This document shows, one piece after another, positions 36,416-50,233 of a stretch of DNA of 64,000 bases (within the stretch, counting starts at the first letter, position 1; every line of letters begins with the position of its first letter). Both the position numbers and the translations under genes were made by a program. The notes beneath the pieces are model-generated. The model searched no databases. It was given only the letters and a program-made list of their open reading frames with translations, and was not told the origin of the DNA. The DNA lies in contig OZ024741.1 of NCBI GenBank assembly GCA_964016885.1, positions 385,764,001 to 385,828,000 on the forward strand, in the 5' to 3' direction. This DNA is from Eledone cirrhosa. Taxonomy: Eukaryota.

Positions 36416-37565
36416 GTTTGTATCTATATATAATCTTTTTTATATTTATTTGATAATTGAATCTATTTATTTATTTATTTTATATTATTTTTATTTTTAC
36501 AATTGCAATCAATCAGAAGCAATCAATCTTTTCGTTTTCTTCATACTGAAATTACATTAATGATTCTCTGCTTCATTCATGAGATTTTGTCTGTGGAGTG
36601 GAGACAAAAAGCTCAATATTTCATAATTTGAAATTTCAGCTTTATTAAATATATTTTGGCACTCTATTTCCAGTATTGAGGACTCCTTTTTCTCCTCATA
36701 TGTGTTTACACCAACACACATACACACATAATGGAGACATGGCTGTATGGTTAAGAAGTATACTTTGGAGTCATATAATTTCAAATTTGCTCCTACTGCA
36801 TGGCATCTTGGGCAAGATTCTTCTACTATAGCCTTGGGCTAACTAATGCCTTATGAGTGTATTTGGTAGACAGAAATTGTACATGTGTATGTATGTGTGC
36901 ATTTACGTTTGTGCCAGTCCTTACAAACGTCATGTTGATACTGTTTAAAAAGGTCAGTGGAGACATTTTTTTATGCCACTCATAAACAATATGTACTATA
37001 ACAGTTTGATGAGTACAGCAGCATATGCCATACTTAAATTAAGATATGGGTTGGTGTTAGGTAGGGCATCTGGCCTAAGCAAACTTAACTTCAAAAAACC
37101 TTGTTCAACTCATGTAAACATGGAAAAAGTGGATGTAAAAACAATGGTGTTGAGAAGGAAATATTAGCATCCATCCATCTATTCAACTGGGTGATCTACT
37201 CACTGAATTACTGTGTCTTAGCAGGCCAGTGGATTGGCAGTATCAGTAGAGCATCAGACAACATGCTATGTGGCATATAGCCTTTACATTCTGAGTTCAA
37301 ATCTTGCTGAGGAAACAAGTGATAATCATCACTGAAGATGTCACAGATATGTGTGACGAAAGAACTTTGGGAAACTATATTTATATTTTTAACTGTTGGT
37401 CAACATTGATTGCCAGCTAAATTATTTATGGAAATATAAAAAAATATACTGAAGTATGGTTGTGTTTCGGTTACTGTCATCATCATCATCTTCGTTTAAC
37501 GTCCATTTTCCACGCTAGCATGGGTCAGACAGGTTACTGTATTGAAGAAATTTTCCATTTCCTTG

Positions 37566-38274
37566 TTATATTTGGGGAGGGTCATGTTGTTCTAATATAA
37601 AAAAAAATATATGTGAAACATGGGCTGTGACTGCAGAGGACATGTGTAGGTCAACATTGATTGCCAGCTAAATTATTTATGGAAATATAAAAAAAATATA
37701 CTGAAATATGGTTGTCCTAATATTGGCAGAAAAAAAATAGTAAAACTCACTCACTGTTTAGTTCAGTATACTTTTATATTTCCATAAATAATTTAGCTGG
37801 CAATCAATGTTCATCATTGATTGAGCAACAGTTAAAAATATAAATACAAAATATTGGGAAAGCCTACTTATGGTACGACAACCAGAGATACAGTGTGTCA
37901 TGTTTGTGGATGCAACCCCAGGAGGTGAACTATCTAGCCAATTTAGGCCCTTACAAAAATCTATTTCGATATTAAAGTGGTAGAAAAGCCAGGAACTACC
38001 CTAAAATCCCTGATTAGTAAAACTTACTATCTTCAATTCAGTTTTCGTGCCAACTCTTATCTATGGTCATGAATCTTGGGTAATAACCGAAAGAATACGA
38101 TAACAAATACAGTTGGCCAAAGTAGGATTCCTCCGAAGGGTCTTTGGAGTAACGTTACTTAATAAAGTGTGTAACTCGGAGATCAGAGAGTCACTCCAGG
38201 TAGAGCCGCTACTTCTCTGAATCACCCCTTTTTTTCTGGCAATATTAGGACAACATGACCCTCCCCAAATATAA
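37566..38274. mobile_element. Rearranged MITE with an internal RTE fragment
   Basis: TIRs ttatatttggggagggtcatgttgt and acaacatgaccctccccaaatataa; another end at ~44985. Confidence 0.65.
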
Positions 38275-38364
38275 TAATATCTGTTTCAACACATGATTTC
38301 ATATAAAAAAACCTTGCAAAACAAATGCATCGTCACTTTCCACTTCCTCCTTTTCTACTTTCAG

Positions 38365-38529
38365 GATTATTCCAAAGAGGAACTAGACAAGCAAAATCTA
38401 GTTCGGGTTCATGAAGATTTCCGAGTAATTGCTCTTGGTCTTCCTGTTCCTCGTTACAAAGGCAATCCACTTGACCCTCCCTTGCGATCCCGTTTCCAAG
38501 CTCGAGGGATTACTATGTTACCATTTAAG
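38365..38529 (+). CDS. VWA8: VWA8 exon 7
   Basis: DYSKEELD...FRVIALGLPVPRYKGNPLDPPLRSRFQAR...LPFK; cag acceptor, gtattt donor. Confidence 0.96.
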
Positions 38530-38616
38530 GTATTTAATATCATGATTTTTCATCTCTCTCTCTTTTTCTCTATGTCTCTTCTTTCTGTGTATATATATAT
38601 ATATATATAAATATGG

Positions 38617-40622
38617 CATCATCACTGTTAAACGTCCATTTTGCAGGTAAGATGTGCTGCCCTGTTGTGAGACATCCAGATCAAAGGACTGTTTTGCTCA
38701 CACAGAACTGATTTTGGCTTGGTTTTTATGGCTGGATGCCCTTCCTAATGCCAACCACATTTACAGTGTGTACTGGGTGCTTTTCTGTTGTGATACCTAC
38801 ACAACCACTTTACAGTGTGGACTGGGCGCTTTTTATCATGATTCCTACATGACTGCTTTACAGTGTAGACTGGGTGCTTTTTGTCGTGACACCTACACTT
38901 TACAGAGAGGACTGGGTGCTTATTGTCGTGGCTCCAGGATAACCACTTCATGGTGTTTATTGGGGATTTAGGTGAGGGGGGGGGGAGACATATGGGGAAT
39001 CAGGAAGGTAGATATAAGGGTGGTGTGATTACAGTGAGAGAGGTATATTTGAGGGAAAGTGGTGATACTAGATATATGCCTCAGCTTCTGCATATTCTGT
39101 ATTACTGCATAGTGCCAGAGATCACGGTCTTGTGTCATTGCTTTTGAGAGATGCAATTGTGCAAGGTCAGCTTTTATCACTTCATCCCAAGTCTTCCTAG
39201 GCCTGCCCACTCCATAGCTTCCATCAGCTTTGAGTGCTCTGCATCTTTTTGTACAGCTGTCATCCTTCAGACGCATCACATGTCCATACCAACGCAATCT
39301 CCTCTCCTGCACACTGCATCTGATCCCTCTAATTTCTTTCACAATTCACTTATGCTTTGCCATTCGTGTATATTACTATTGCACATCCATCAAAGTATGG
39401 AAGCTTCATTTCTTTCCAATCTTTACAGGTCCGCTGCAACGAGTGCCCAGGTATCGCTACCATGCAACATTGTTATTTGTATACATGCATCATACTATCT
39501 GTCTTTCATTTTGAGGGAAAAACGTTTTGTAGTTAGCTGTAGTAGTAAATCCCTGAACTTTCTCCATCCTGTTCTCACTCTGGCTACTGTACTTTCGGAA
39601 CACCCTCTTCTACTGCTAATTTAGTCACCCAGGTAACAGAAACTATCTACTACATCTGCTGAGCCCTCTGGAAATTTGAAGGAGCTTTTATCCTGAGAGC
39701 TCTTGCTTCTTACTGCCCCTGTGCACCAACCATATGTAAAACCTATGTTCTTTGTTAGCCTGCCTGAGTTCCCACTACATCTCTTGTGTACCCATAGTTT
39801 GCATTTAAGACATAGGATAGAATTTCTACCTACTCCTTTTCTGCACACTGAGCAAGGCCATTTCCCTGAGGAGATCTGGGCCCTGTTTTCCTTTCTACTT
39901 ACTAGAATTTTACTCTTTGCCAAGTTGACTTTAAAACCTTTTGATTCTGGGCCATGTTTCCAGGTTTAGAATTTCATCTCTAATTCAGCTATAAGGGTTA
40001 GGTCATCTGCATACAGGAGTCCCCATGGGCAGCCAGTCTTAAACTCTTCTGTTATAGCCTGCAGAATGATAATAAACAAGAGAGGACTTAGAACCGAGCC
40101 CGAGCTACACACTAAATTCTTCGCTATAGTCATTGTTAATTCTGACCTTGCTGACCATTCCTCTATACATGGCTTGTACTGCCCTCGCAAGCCACTCGTC
40201 TATTCCTAGTTTTCTAAGAGACTACCAGATAATGAAACAGGGGACTCTGTCAAAAGCTTTCTCTAGGTCCACAAAAACCAAGTAGAGGAGTTTACCTTTA
40301 GCCAGGTACTTTTCCTCCAATTGCCTTACAAGGAAGAGGGCATCTGAAGTACTTTTACATGGTACAAATCCAAACTCCATCATTCCCTAATCAGGTGTGT
40401 TATAACTCATTCTGCGACCTTCATAACCTGGTCAATCAACTTAATGCCACTATAGTTTTCTCTGTCTAGAGCATCATCTTTGCCCTTGTAGCAGTTGATG
40501 ATGATGCTGCTATGCCAGTCATTGGGTATAACACCATTTTGTATTACTTGGTTTACAATGCGAGAGACTATGGTGTGGCCCACCATTCCTGAAGCTTTCA
40601 GCATCTCGGCAGCTATCCCTGA
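38617..40622 (-). mobile_element. RTE LINE, degenerate 3' half
   Basis: RT motifs (YADD, GKWPCSVC, RLRWYGHV) and a tandem-repeat 3' UTR. Confidence 0.9.
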
Positions 40623-41332
40623 GATATATATATATATACTGTCTCTTGTGCACTGGAGCCAGTTGTAATCAATCTTAAAGCAACGAAACAATGTATCTCC
40701 AGAGACCAACTGATGAGTTGGGACTATCTGTGTTTTGTTCGTTTTCCTGTTGTCTCTCTCTGTAGATGTGTGTGTGATTATAGAGAGAGGGAAGAGCGAC
40801 GGAGTGAAGAGCGATAGAGAGAGTAAAGCAGTTAAATTATAGAGAGGAGGAATGATCTATTATAGAGAGAGGGAAGAGCGATGGAGAGAGTAAAGCTAAG
40901 AAACAATAGGGAGGTGTGTAGAATACATACATAATACATACACACGACGCTCAGCTTTATAATATTATAGATAGATAGATAGATTGAAGGTAGATACGGA
41001 AAGTAAAAGAGTGTTGTCATATAGAGAGTGAAGTGAGACAGAGTAAAGCAGTTAAATTATAGAGAGGGTGAAAGAGGGAGAGAGAGAGAGAGAGAGAGAG
41101 ACGACGCTCAACTTTTTAATATTAGAGAGTGAAGAGCGACAGAGAGAGTAAAGCAGTTAAATTATAGAGAGGGAATGATCTATTATAGAGAGAGGGAAGA
41201 GCAACGGAGAGAGTAAAGCTAAGAAACTATAGGGAGGTGTGTAGGATACATAATACATACACACGGCAGTCAGCTTTATAATATTATAGATAGATTTATT
41301 TATATATGTAAATGCAGAAAAATACATAAATA

Positions 41333-42535
41333 TGCTCACTGTGTAGGAAAGGAGTAGGTAGAAATTCCATTCTATGTCCTAAATGCAGACTATGGGTACA
41401 TAAAAGATGTAGTGGGATCACAGGCAAGCTATCTAAGAACGTAGATTTTATATGTGGCCGATGCTCAGGTGCAATAAGTAGCAAGTCAAGTGCCCACAGG
41501 ATACTAGCTCCTTCTACTGCCCAGATGGTTCTATAGAAATAGTGGACATTTTCCGTTACCTGGGTGACAAAATCAGCAGTGGTGGAGGGTGCTCTGAAAG
41601 TACTGTAGCCAGAGTTAGAACGGGATGGAAAAAGTTCAGAGAGCTTATACCACTGTTGGCCACAAAAAGTTTCTCTCTGAAAATGAAAGGCAGAGTGTAT
41701 GATGCTTGTATCGAACAACAATGTTACATGGCAGTGAGACATGGGCCTTGTGTGCAAAGGACCTGCGCAGACTGGAAAGGAACAAAGCATGCATGCTCAG
41801 TTGGATGTGTAATAGTAATATACACGAATGGCAAAACATAAATGAACTAAGTGAGAAATTAGGAATAAGAGGGATCAGATACTGTTTACTTGAGAGAAGA
41901 TTACGTTGATATGGTCATGTGATGCGCATGAAAGACGACAGCTGTATAAAAAAGTGCAGGGCGATCAAAATTGATGGAAGTTACGGACTAGGTAGACCCA
42001 GAAAAACCTGGGACAACATGATAAATTCCGACCTTGCACACTTGCACCTCTCTAAGACAATGTCACTGGATCAAGATATTTGGCACCACGCAGTAATACA
42101 GAAGACCTTCCTTCCCTACGTGCAAAGTTAACCTACAGTTAGTAGGCCCCTCCAAACCAAATATACACCCCAACCCACTACCCCTGCTCCATCCTCCCAC
42201 TCCCACCAACACCACCCTTTCTCTATAAAGTTATGTTGGTACCACAACATCCAGTCCAAACTAATGAGGTCGTGTAGGTGTCACGACAAAAAAAAAACAC
42301 ACAGTCCACGCTGTAATGTCGTCGTGTTGGTAACACGGTAAAAAGCTCCCAGTCCACACTGTAAATGTGGTTGGTGTTAGGAAAGGCATCCAGCCGTAGA
42401 AAACCTGCCAGATAGTCCTATATGAGCGAGACACGGTCACCCGACCAATCTTGCCTCAAATGGGACAATTCCCATCTAACCCATGCTAGTGTGGAAGATA
42501 GATGTTAAGCGATAATGATGATGATAATGATGATA
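41333..42535 (+). mobile_element. RTE LINE 3' fragment
   Basis: CRKGVGRNSILC...GRPRKTWD plus 3' UTR and (gat)n tail. Confidence 0.9.
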
Positions 42536-42614
42536 TTTAATCATATTTTAGAAAGCTATTTCATTCTTCAGATATCTTGATATGTTTCTGTAAATCTTGG
42601 ATATTCTATTGTAG

Positions 42615-42664
42615 GAACATTTAGAGATGCTACAGGAAATTGGAACAAAGATACCATCTAACAA
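42615..42664 (+). CDS. VWA8: VWA8 exon 8
   Basis: EHLEMLQEIGTKIPSN; tag acceptor, gtaagc donor; phase 0 to 2 fits neighbours. Confidence 0.88.
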
Positions 42665-43281
42665 GTAAGCTACTCTTATTTTCTTTCTTCACATTTTACC
42701 TTTTGAATCATATATTATTATATTTGCCTAGATTTCCTATGGTATCATTGGATCATAGGAAACCTGGCCAGAACAGATTATGAAAGAATGGAAAGAGTGA
42801 AATGTTGCTGTGCTGGGAACAAACCCAACCAACCCATGCTAGCATGGAGAAACAAACATAAAAAGGATGATGGTGATCTGTAGTCTGTGTTTTCCCCTGT
42901 GTTTTCCCCTGGTTTTTGATCTGTTTGTGTATCCAGTTTAAAATAGGTACACTGTATCCTTGCATTTTGTAAGAGGCAACAAAAAGGATGGGCACATTGT
43001 TGCAAAAAAGGATCCAAAATCAAGTATGAAGTCTATTATGGGGCCTGTAAGTCTAACCCATTTTAGCAGGGAAAATAGCCTTAAAATGCTTGCTTTAATG
43101 ACTAATGAGCAAAAGTGAATGTTAAAGCAATGATGATGATGATATATAGTTTGGGCATTGACTGCACTACTGTATCTATTCTGTGAGTGCTTTCAAAGGT
43201 CAAGGTCACTACCCCTTAATCCCTGACTGACTTATCAACTAAAGGATCAATTGTCTTGCAGTGTGTCCATTACCAAAGTAT

Positions 43282-43520
43282 TTAACCCATTTGACACCAA
43301 TCTGCCCCAAACTAGCTCTGGTTCTTTGAAACAAAACCACCCATTTTAAAGGGTTCCTATTTATATTAAAATCTTCCAACATAATTTTATATATGAACCA
43401 TGTGTTAAGTTACTATCTTAGTAATGAAATAATCAATAATTTTAGTAAATCCCTCAAAATTCTTCATCAATTAACTGAAATAAAGTTTATTTCATTAGAA
43501 ACTTGGTAACAAAATGTTGA
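43282..43520 (+). mobile_element. TTAA-type MITE containing a single satellite-like monomer
   Basis: ttaacccatttgacacc...ggtaacaaaatgttga; aaactagctctggttctttgaaac at 43309-43332. Confidence 0.7.
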
Positions 43521-44622
43521 ACCCTTAATGACCCATTCTATTAAACTCAAGATACTGTAAACAGTAGGAGCACTGTAAAATGAAGATATGAAGATTGTTT
43601 TTATTAACTTTAGTGTAATGAGCTCAGCTGCTCATGAATATAACTTGGAAAGCAATGAACTTGACCAGCCTGACTTTCTTTAGATGAAGATAAAAACAGT
43701 AAGATGAAGCTTTCAGTTTTGATCTCTTTGATGTATTTATTGGCTTATGATTATCTGAATCAACAAGATCCCAAGCCTCATTCGTGGTGGAACACATTAG
43801 ATCAGACCAAGGAAATAATGTTTCCATTGATCACTCCCAAGTGCTGATGCTATCTACTGGTCACAACTCCTGGCAAAAGGAGCAACGGGAAATAAAGCGT
43901 CTTGCTCATGGACACAACACATTGCCTGGCCTGGAAATCGAACTCACAATCTCACAATTGTGAATTGAACTTTTGAACCACTAAAGTATGCATCTTCACT
44001 TATAGGACTCACCATATCCCTACCATACTTATGACATATGATGTATCTTTTCTAAAAACCAAGATACATACGGTATGGGTGAAGAAAAAACCAGAGGAAG
44101 CATGAAGGTGTCCGGTCTAAATGATTGCAACAGAGTAACTCATTTAGCAGCATCTGCATAAAAAATATGATGGAAGTTTGTAAAATTAATATGGTATGGT
44201 GCTGTAACTCCTGAGGGAGTCATAGGGGCGTTGTAGTGACATACAGCGTTTCTTGGGCATTTGAAGCCTGGCGGAGTCCATCCCCTCTCCAGGACTGATT
44301 ATAGCAGATTTCTTGCAGTGAAGGATAGAAAGTGAGAGAGAGGGAGAAAGAATTATAGAGGAAGAATCAACTTCAGTACTTGACTGGTACATTTTTTATC
44401 GATTTCGAATAGATGAAAGGCAAAGTTAACCTTGGTGGGATTTGAACTCAAGCACTTTTGTATTGTAGAACCGAACCAGAGGCTACATCAGGTGGTTTGG
44501 TATCAAAAGGGTTAATCTAGCCAATGAAAAAGAAGTGCTCAAGATCTAACCCTTAACCTGTAAAAATGACCCTAGAGAGAAGTTTCAGAAAGCACCAATC
44601 ATCTCTCAATGTTTAATTTCAG

Positions 44623-44731
44623 ACTGTCTCTGATGTTGTCCTTTGGTACAACACTACTCACTGAAGAATCAGTTTCTCTTGGTTTACCTGACTTTCCAAT
44701 TGATAATCTTTCAGCTGTTGTAGCTATTCTA
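44623..44731 (+). CDS. VWA8: VWA8 exon 9
   Basis: LSLMLSFGTTLLTEESVSLGLPDFPIDNLSAVVAIL; cag acceptor, gtaagt donor. Confidence 0.94.
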
Positions 44732-44769
44732 GTAAGTTCCTTTCTCATTACTTTATTTTTGTGTCTATA

Positions 44770-45135
44770 TGTTTGGGTGTAAATTTATCTTTAATGTATA
44801 TATATGTTAGTGTGTAAATTGATTAGTAATGTGTATGTATGTTTGTGTTTAAATCGATTATTTATGTGTATATATGTTTGTTTAAATCCATCATTAATGT
44901 ATATATATGTTTGTGTAAATTGATTATATATGTGTATATATGTTTGTGTAAATTGATTATGCACATATATGTTTATGTAAATTGTTATATTTGGGGAGGG
45001 TCATATTGTTATAATATTGTCAGAAATAATAATAATATATGTTTGTGTGTAAATCAATCACTAATGTATATATATGTTTGTGTGTAAATTGATCATTAAT
45101 GAATATATGTTTGTGTATAAATCGATCATTAATAT
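44770..45135. repeat. ~28-30 bp degenerate minisatellite
   Basis: Repeated atatatgtttgtgtaaattgatcattaatg-like units. Confidence 0.8.
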
Positions 45136-46092
45136 ATCTATCAAAGAAGCTTCTAGAAAACAACCTGTATAGAAACTCTGGTCACTCTGAATTACAAATG
45201 ATCATCTCTGAGTTATGATAAAACATGACCTTTTCAAAAATATTTTTGGGTGATAAGTTTAACATATTGCCTATGTTAGCATTATTACCTGAGTTTAACA
45301 TATTGCCTATGTTAGCATTATTACCTGAGTTTAAATCCCGCTGAGGTTAGCTTTGCCTTTCATCCTTACAATGTTGATAAAATAAAGTATGAGCAATGCA
45401 CTGAGGTCGATTTAAGTGACTTTCCTCGTCTCCCAAAATTGTTGGCCTTGTGCCTAAATCAGAAACCATTGTTAGGTGGGGTTTGCTTTGCCTTTCATCT
45501 TTATAGAGTTGATAAAATAAAGTTGGGGTTGATTTAATCAACTTTCCACCTTTCCCCAAATTATTGGCCTTGTACTTAAATCAAAATCCATTATTACCTG
45601 GCAACTGGCCTTAAGAAAAGTTTACACTATTGAAGTAATCAGACCTAGACCCTGATTTGAAAATAAAACAATCTTTTGATGTATTGCTTCCAGCTGTATA
45701 TTTCTATGCATAGTGCAACTATTTATTGGAAAGTACAGGTGGAAAAAGATTTTGTAACAGAGGCCATTATGCATACACGATGGACATACACTTATCTCTG
45801 AGGAAGACCATCATCATAAAAGCATCCAGAGTAGCACCCCAATGACTGGCTGCACCAATTGTGGGATATTTTTGGATGAAATGTTGTGGTTAAAGTAGTT
45901 ATATCTTATTTAATTCTGAGGATTTCTAATATTGAGCTCTTACTATTAGGGATGAAACATATGTAAATTAAAATATGATATAGTTTGGTTTTAATTTTCA
46001 AAGTATATATATATATATATATAGATGTGGTTGTATTTATATGTATGAGTAAAATTTGTATGTGTGAATAAAATATCTTATTTAACATTCAG

Positions 46093-46197
46093 AATAGTCA
46101 CCCACACCTATCACTGAAGGATGTAATCCGCCGTATCTATCCATACAATATGTTTCTTAATAAGGAAGGGATTGCTGCTGTGGAAGGCACCATGAAG
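46093..46197 (+). CDS. VWA8: VWA8 exon 10
   Basis: NSHPHLSLKDVIRRIYPYNMFLNKEGIAAVEGTMK; cag acceptor, gtaagt donor. Confidence 0.93.
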
Positions 46198-46546
46198 GTA
46201 AGTTTTACATTTTGTTATTTTTATGTACACATACACACACAAACACATGTACTTGCATGCACACACACACACATACACACACACATATGTACATACACAT
46301 ACACAAAGTAAATGCACATGCACAAAATGTATTTACATGCACACACATGTACATAGGCTGCTGTGTTAAAAAAAGAAGTAGACATTGGATAATGCAGTTC
46401 CTATTACACTATGTCTGAAAGAATTTGGTGTGGTCATGGCCAGAATACTGTTGATAATAGGCCTGTTTGATCAGAGCTGACCAGTTGATAGATATATATA
46501 TATCTGCTGATCTCTTCATGAGGTGCTACATTGGTGGGATTGAGTC

Positions 46547-48088
46547 TGTAGCGGTTGTCTCCCTTGTTTTGATTAGGATCTAGACGGGAAGTGGAACCCT
46601 TTCTGCAACTTCCGGTCAGAGCCCTATAAAACTAACAACTTTAAGCTTCCTCTCTCTCATTGCCTTTTCGGCACCAGCTCAAGAGCCTCACATTTGGCTC
46701 TGCCATTAATTTGGCCAACAGGCGCCTGGCCTTCGCCAGGCGTCCTCTGCCAGCCGCGTTTGCCTGGCAATCAAAACGGTAACTACTAACTTTGTTTCAT
46801 TCTAACATCTATCTTTGACATGTCAAGTATACTATCTACCATTGTTAATTAAATATTATACACACAAACAATGTATTCCTTGTTACATTCATACAACCTC
46901 AGTAATCTCGCTATATTGGTGACCCCGACGTGATGGCAGCACAAATTCTCGATTCACAGAGATGTCTCTACTCACAGACAGCCGCACGCCAGAGATAACA
47001 TTTCTCACCAGGGATTCTTCAGCCTTAAGCTATATTCTTCTATTTGCCGGTTTATAAATTTACAATGTAAATTTACCGTTGATAACCGCGCATTTATTAA
47101 GAATGCTTATTTCTCTGGTCGCTGGCCTCTTGACCCTTCCAGGTCAACGCATTCTCAACATCGACCATCAACTTCGGCTGCTATTTCTAGCACTTTGCGC
47201 AACTCATTTTTTCTAAAAAAATTTTTTTTACTGTGAATTTAAACACCGAATACGCTCACTCAGCGAGACAACAGCAGCAGCAACAGCAATATAACAGCAA
47301 CAGCAATACATCAATACAGCTTCACCAAAGCCAGAGAATTCATTTTTGCAGCACTCTTCCTGTGAGAAAATCCATTCGGAGGTTGGAAATTTCACGATAT
47401 ACCACAGAACAGAAACCACCTGCATTCATTCTCTGGAACACACTTTCTTTCCTGCTGTCATGTGATTGCACACCTGTGAACTATATTTTGAACTTTGAGC
47501 TCTTCTATTACTTTTACTTTATTACATTGTATCTTTGGGTGATGGATAGATGGATGTCCAGTCGTTCTCTGGCCAAGAGCGGTTGGCTACCTTGATATCT
47601 ATCATTGATTTTTCCAAACATTCTTTTGTCGTAATTTTCATGCCTGTTACAACATTCTCGCCAACTTGCTACATATTTTCATTTCGATTTTTATACACTA
47701 AAATTCTGGCGGGAGGTTATGTAGCGGTTGTCTCCCTTGTTTTGATTAGGATCTAGACGGGAAGTGGAACCCTTTCTGCAACTTCCGGTCAGAGCCCTAT
47801 AAAACTAACAACTTTAAGCTTCCTCTCTCTCATTGCCTTTTCGGCACCAGCTCAAGAGCCTCACATTTGGCTCTGCCATTAATTTGGCCAACAGGCGCCT
47901 GGCCTTAGCCAGGCGTCCTCTGCCAGCCGCGTTTGCCTGGCAATCAAAACGGTAACTACTAACTTTGTTTCATTCTAACATCTATCTTTGACATGTCAAG
48001 TATACTATCTACCATTGTTAATTAAATATTATACACACAAACAATGTATTCCTTGTTACATTCATACAACCTCAGTAATCTCGCTATA
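46547..48088 (+). mobile_element. Non-autonomous LTR retrotransposon (TRIM-like), young
   Basis: 369-bp LTRs at 46547-46915 and 47720-48088; PBS tggtgaccccgacgtgat; PPT-like ggcgggagg; 4-bp TSD AGTC. Confidence 0.95.
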
Positions 48089-48092
48089 AGTC

Positions 48093-48480
48093 ATTTCTGA
48101 TGCAATCCCAACTTAGATGGGTTGGTCATGTCCTATGGATGATTGAGAAGTGCACACCCAAGGTACTGTTCTACAGTCAACTTTATAATAGTGCACATAA
48201 TGAAGGCAGACCATTACACAGATATAAAGACAAACTGAAGTACAATCTTATATCAGTGGACATACCTCTCACCTCTGTTGAAGCTCTAGCTGCTGACTAG
48301 AAAATAGAGAACTGTCTGGCTTGAAGATATAAAGAAATTCAAAAAATCTTGTCTTGTCCATGTTTGTGATTTGAGATCTAACACCAAGATTCAATCAAAT
48401 ATTCCATCCTGTTCCACTCAAAATCCTGTCATCTGCACTAAATGTGGCTTCATGTGCAGTTGGACTAAAGTGTCATTTAA
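48093..48480 (+). mobile_element. RTE/BovB-like LINE 3' remnant interrupted by the LTR element
   Basis: QSQLRWVGHV...PKVLFYSQL...GRPLHRYKDKLK; the frame continues from ~46505-46546. Confidence 0.75.
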
Positions 48481-48599
48481 GGGATAACCAAAAAAATTGA
48501 ACTGAGAAGACTTGAACTATCATATTTTGAAATACATTGGGAGAGTCCATCATATCATCATCACCGTTATATATATATATATACATATACATATACATA

Positions 48600-48702
48600 C
48601 AGGGTATCCCAAAAATGTATACGCACTTTTATTACTTGTACAGGCAATATTTATTAGTAGAATGCACAGCCTTTGTGTATACAGTTTTTTTGGGACACCC
48701 TG
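48600..48702. mobile_element. Tc1/mariner-like miniature MITE
   Basis: TIRs cagggtatcccaaaaa and tttttgggacaccctg in a TA context. Confidence 0.75.
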
Positions 48703-50233
48703 TGTATATAAGAGAGAGAGAAGAGAGAATCTATGCCTGTTCTAACTGAGCTCAACAACAATCTTACTTCATTATAATTAGCTACTAATCCCGCCGAGGT
48801 TGACTTTGCCTTTCATCCTTACGGCGTCAATAAAATAAAGTACCAGTAATGAACTGGGTAATTGCTGGCCTTGTGCCTAAAGTAGAAACAATTATAATTA
48901 GCTACTAAGGATAGCCTTTCTTTCATGTTCTAGCCAATTCCAAGAATTGTGAAGCTTTCCTTCCTCTGCTCTTTGAGTTCAATGCCAGCTAGATAGAGGA
49001 TTGTGGTTGTCATCTTAAACCCAGGACTGTCTTCATCATCAACATCATCATCACTGTTTAACATCTATTTTCCATGCTTGCAGGCTGCTATGTTGTGAGG
49101 CTTGACAGGTCATATGCTCTTTCTTCACTCATATGTTCTGTTTTGGGCTTGGTTTCTGAGGCTGGATGCCTTTCCCCATGCCAACCACCTTATAGTGTAT
49201 ACCAGGAGCATGGTTTCTAAGGATGGATGCCCTTTCTAATGCCAACCACTTTACAACTTGTACTGGGAACATGGTTTCTATGGTTGAATACCCTTTCTAA
49301 CTCCAACCATTTTACTGGGAGCTTGGGCTCTATGATTGGATGCCCTTTCTGATGCCAAGCACTTTACAGCATTGTTTATTAAATTAAATCTTACCATTAG
49401 ATCCACACACTGCTCTGTTCAGTCATTGCATTATGACTGTAAAGCATTGATGGCAGACCTCTATAGCCTGGCATTTTGACATTTTAATTTCTTTTAATCT
49501 TTTCATTACTGTATTTCTAATCAAAGACACTGACTGATTTTCAAATACTTTTGAAAATAATCAAGAATTTGGAGGGATTTAGTAGAGATTGAGGGGATTC
49601 TGAACATAGCCGGGTGTAAAAGTGTCTAGCTTAGAGGTTAGAGAATTAGATTCACAATTGTGAGGTTGTGAGTTTGATTCCCAGTCCTTGAGCAAGATAC
49701 TTTATTTTACATAACTCTTTCTACCAAGAATTGCGACCGGTAGATAGTATCTGCAATGGAAAGACAAATGGAAACATTGTTTCCTTGGTCCAATTTGATG
49801 AGTTCCACCCCACTTGGTAAGCAAATGAGATCTGGGATCTTGTTGATTGTTTCTTAGGAGAAATAATTAATGATTTGGAAGGATAACTAAGGTTCTTACA
49901 TGAAATTATGATGATTTTTATATTTTTTTTAGATAAATATAAACATTTAAAAATAAACCAGAGCTGGTTTTTAAATGTTTTATCTTCTCATGATGACTTA
50001 ACATGTATACTCAAATATACCCCCCTCCCCCTATTTTACCATCAAGCTTTTGGTTACATATTCCTCGGCTTATATTCACGTATATATAGTAACCCAATTG
50101 GACGCTGGAGGACTTTATTGTTGTCAATTAGCATCATCAACAAAATCAATAATAACCATCATCATCATCACAAATGGCTATATATTTTTCAAGAATTATC
50201 AATTTTATGCAAATTTTTCGTTTTGAAATACAG

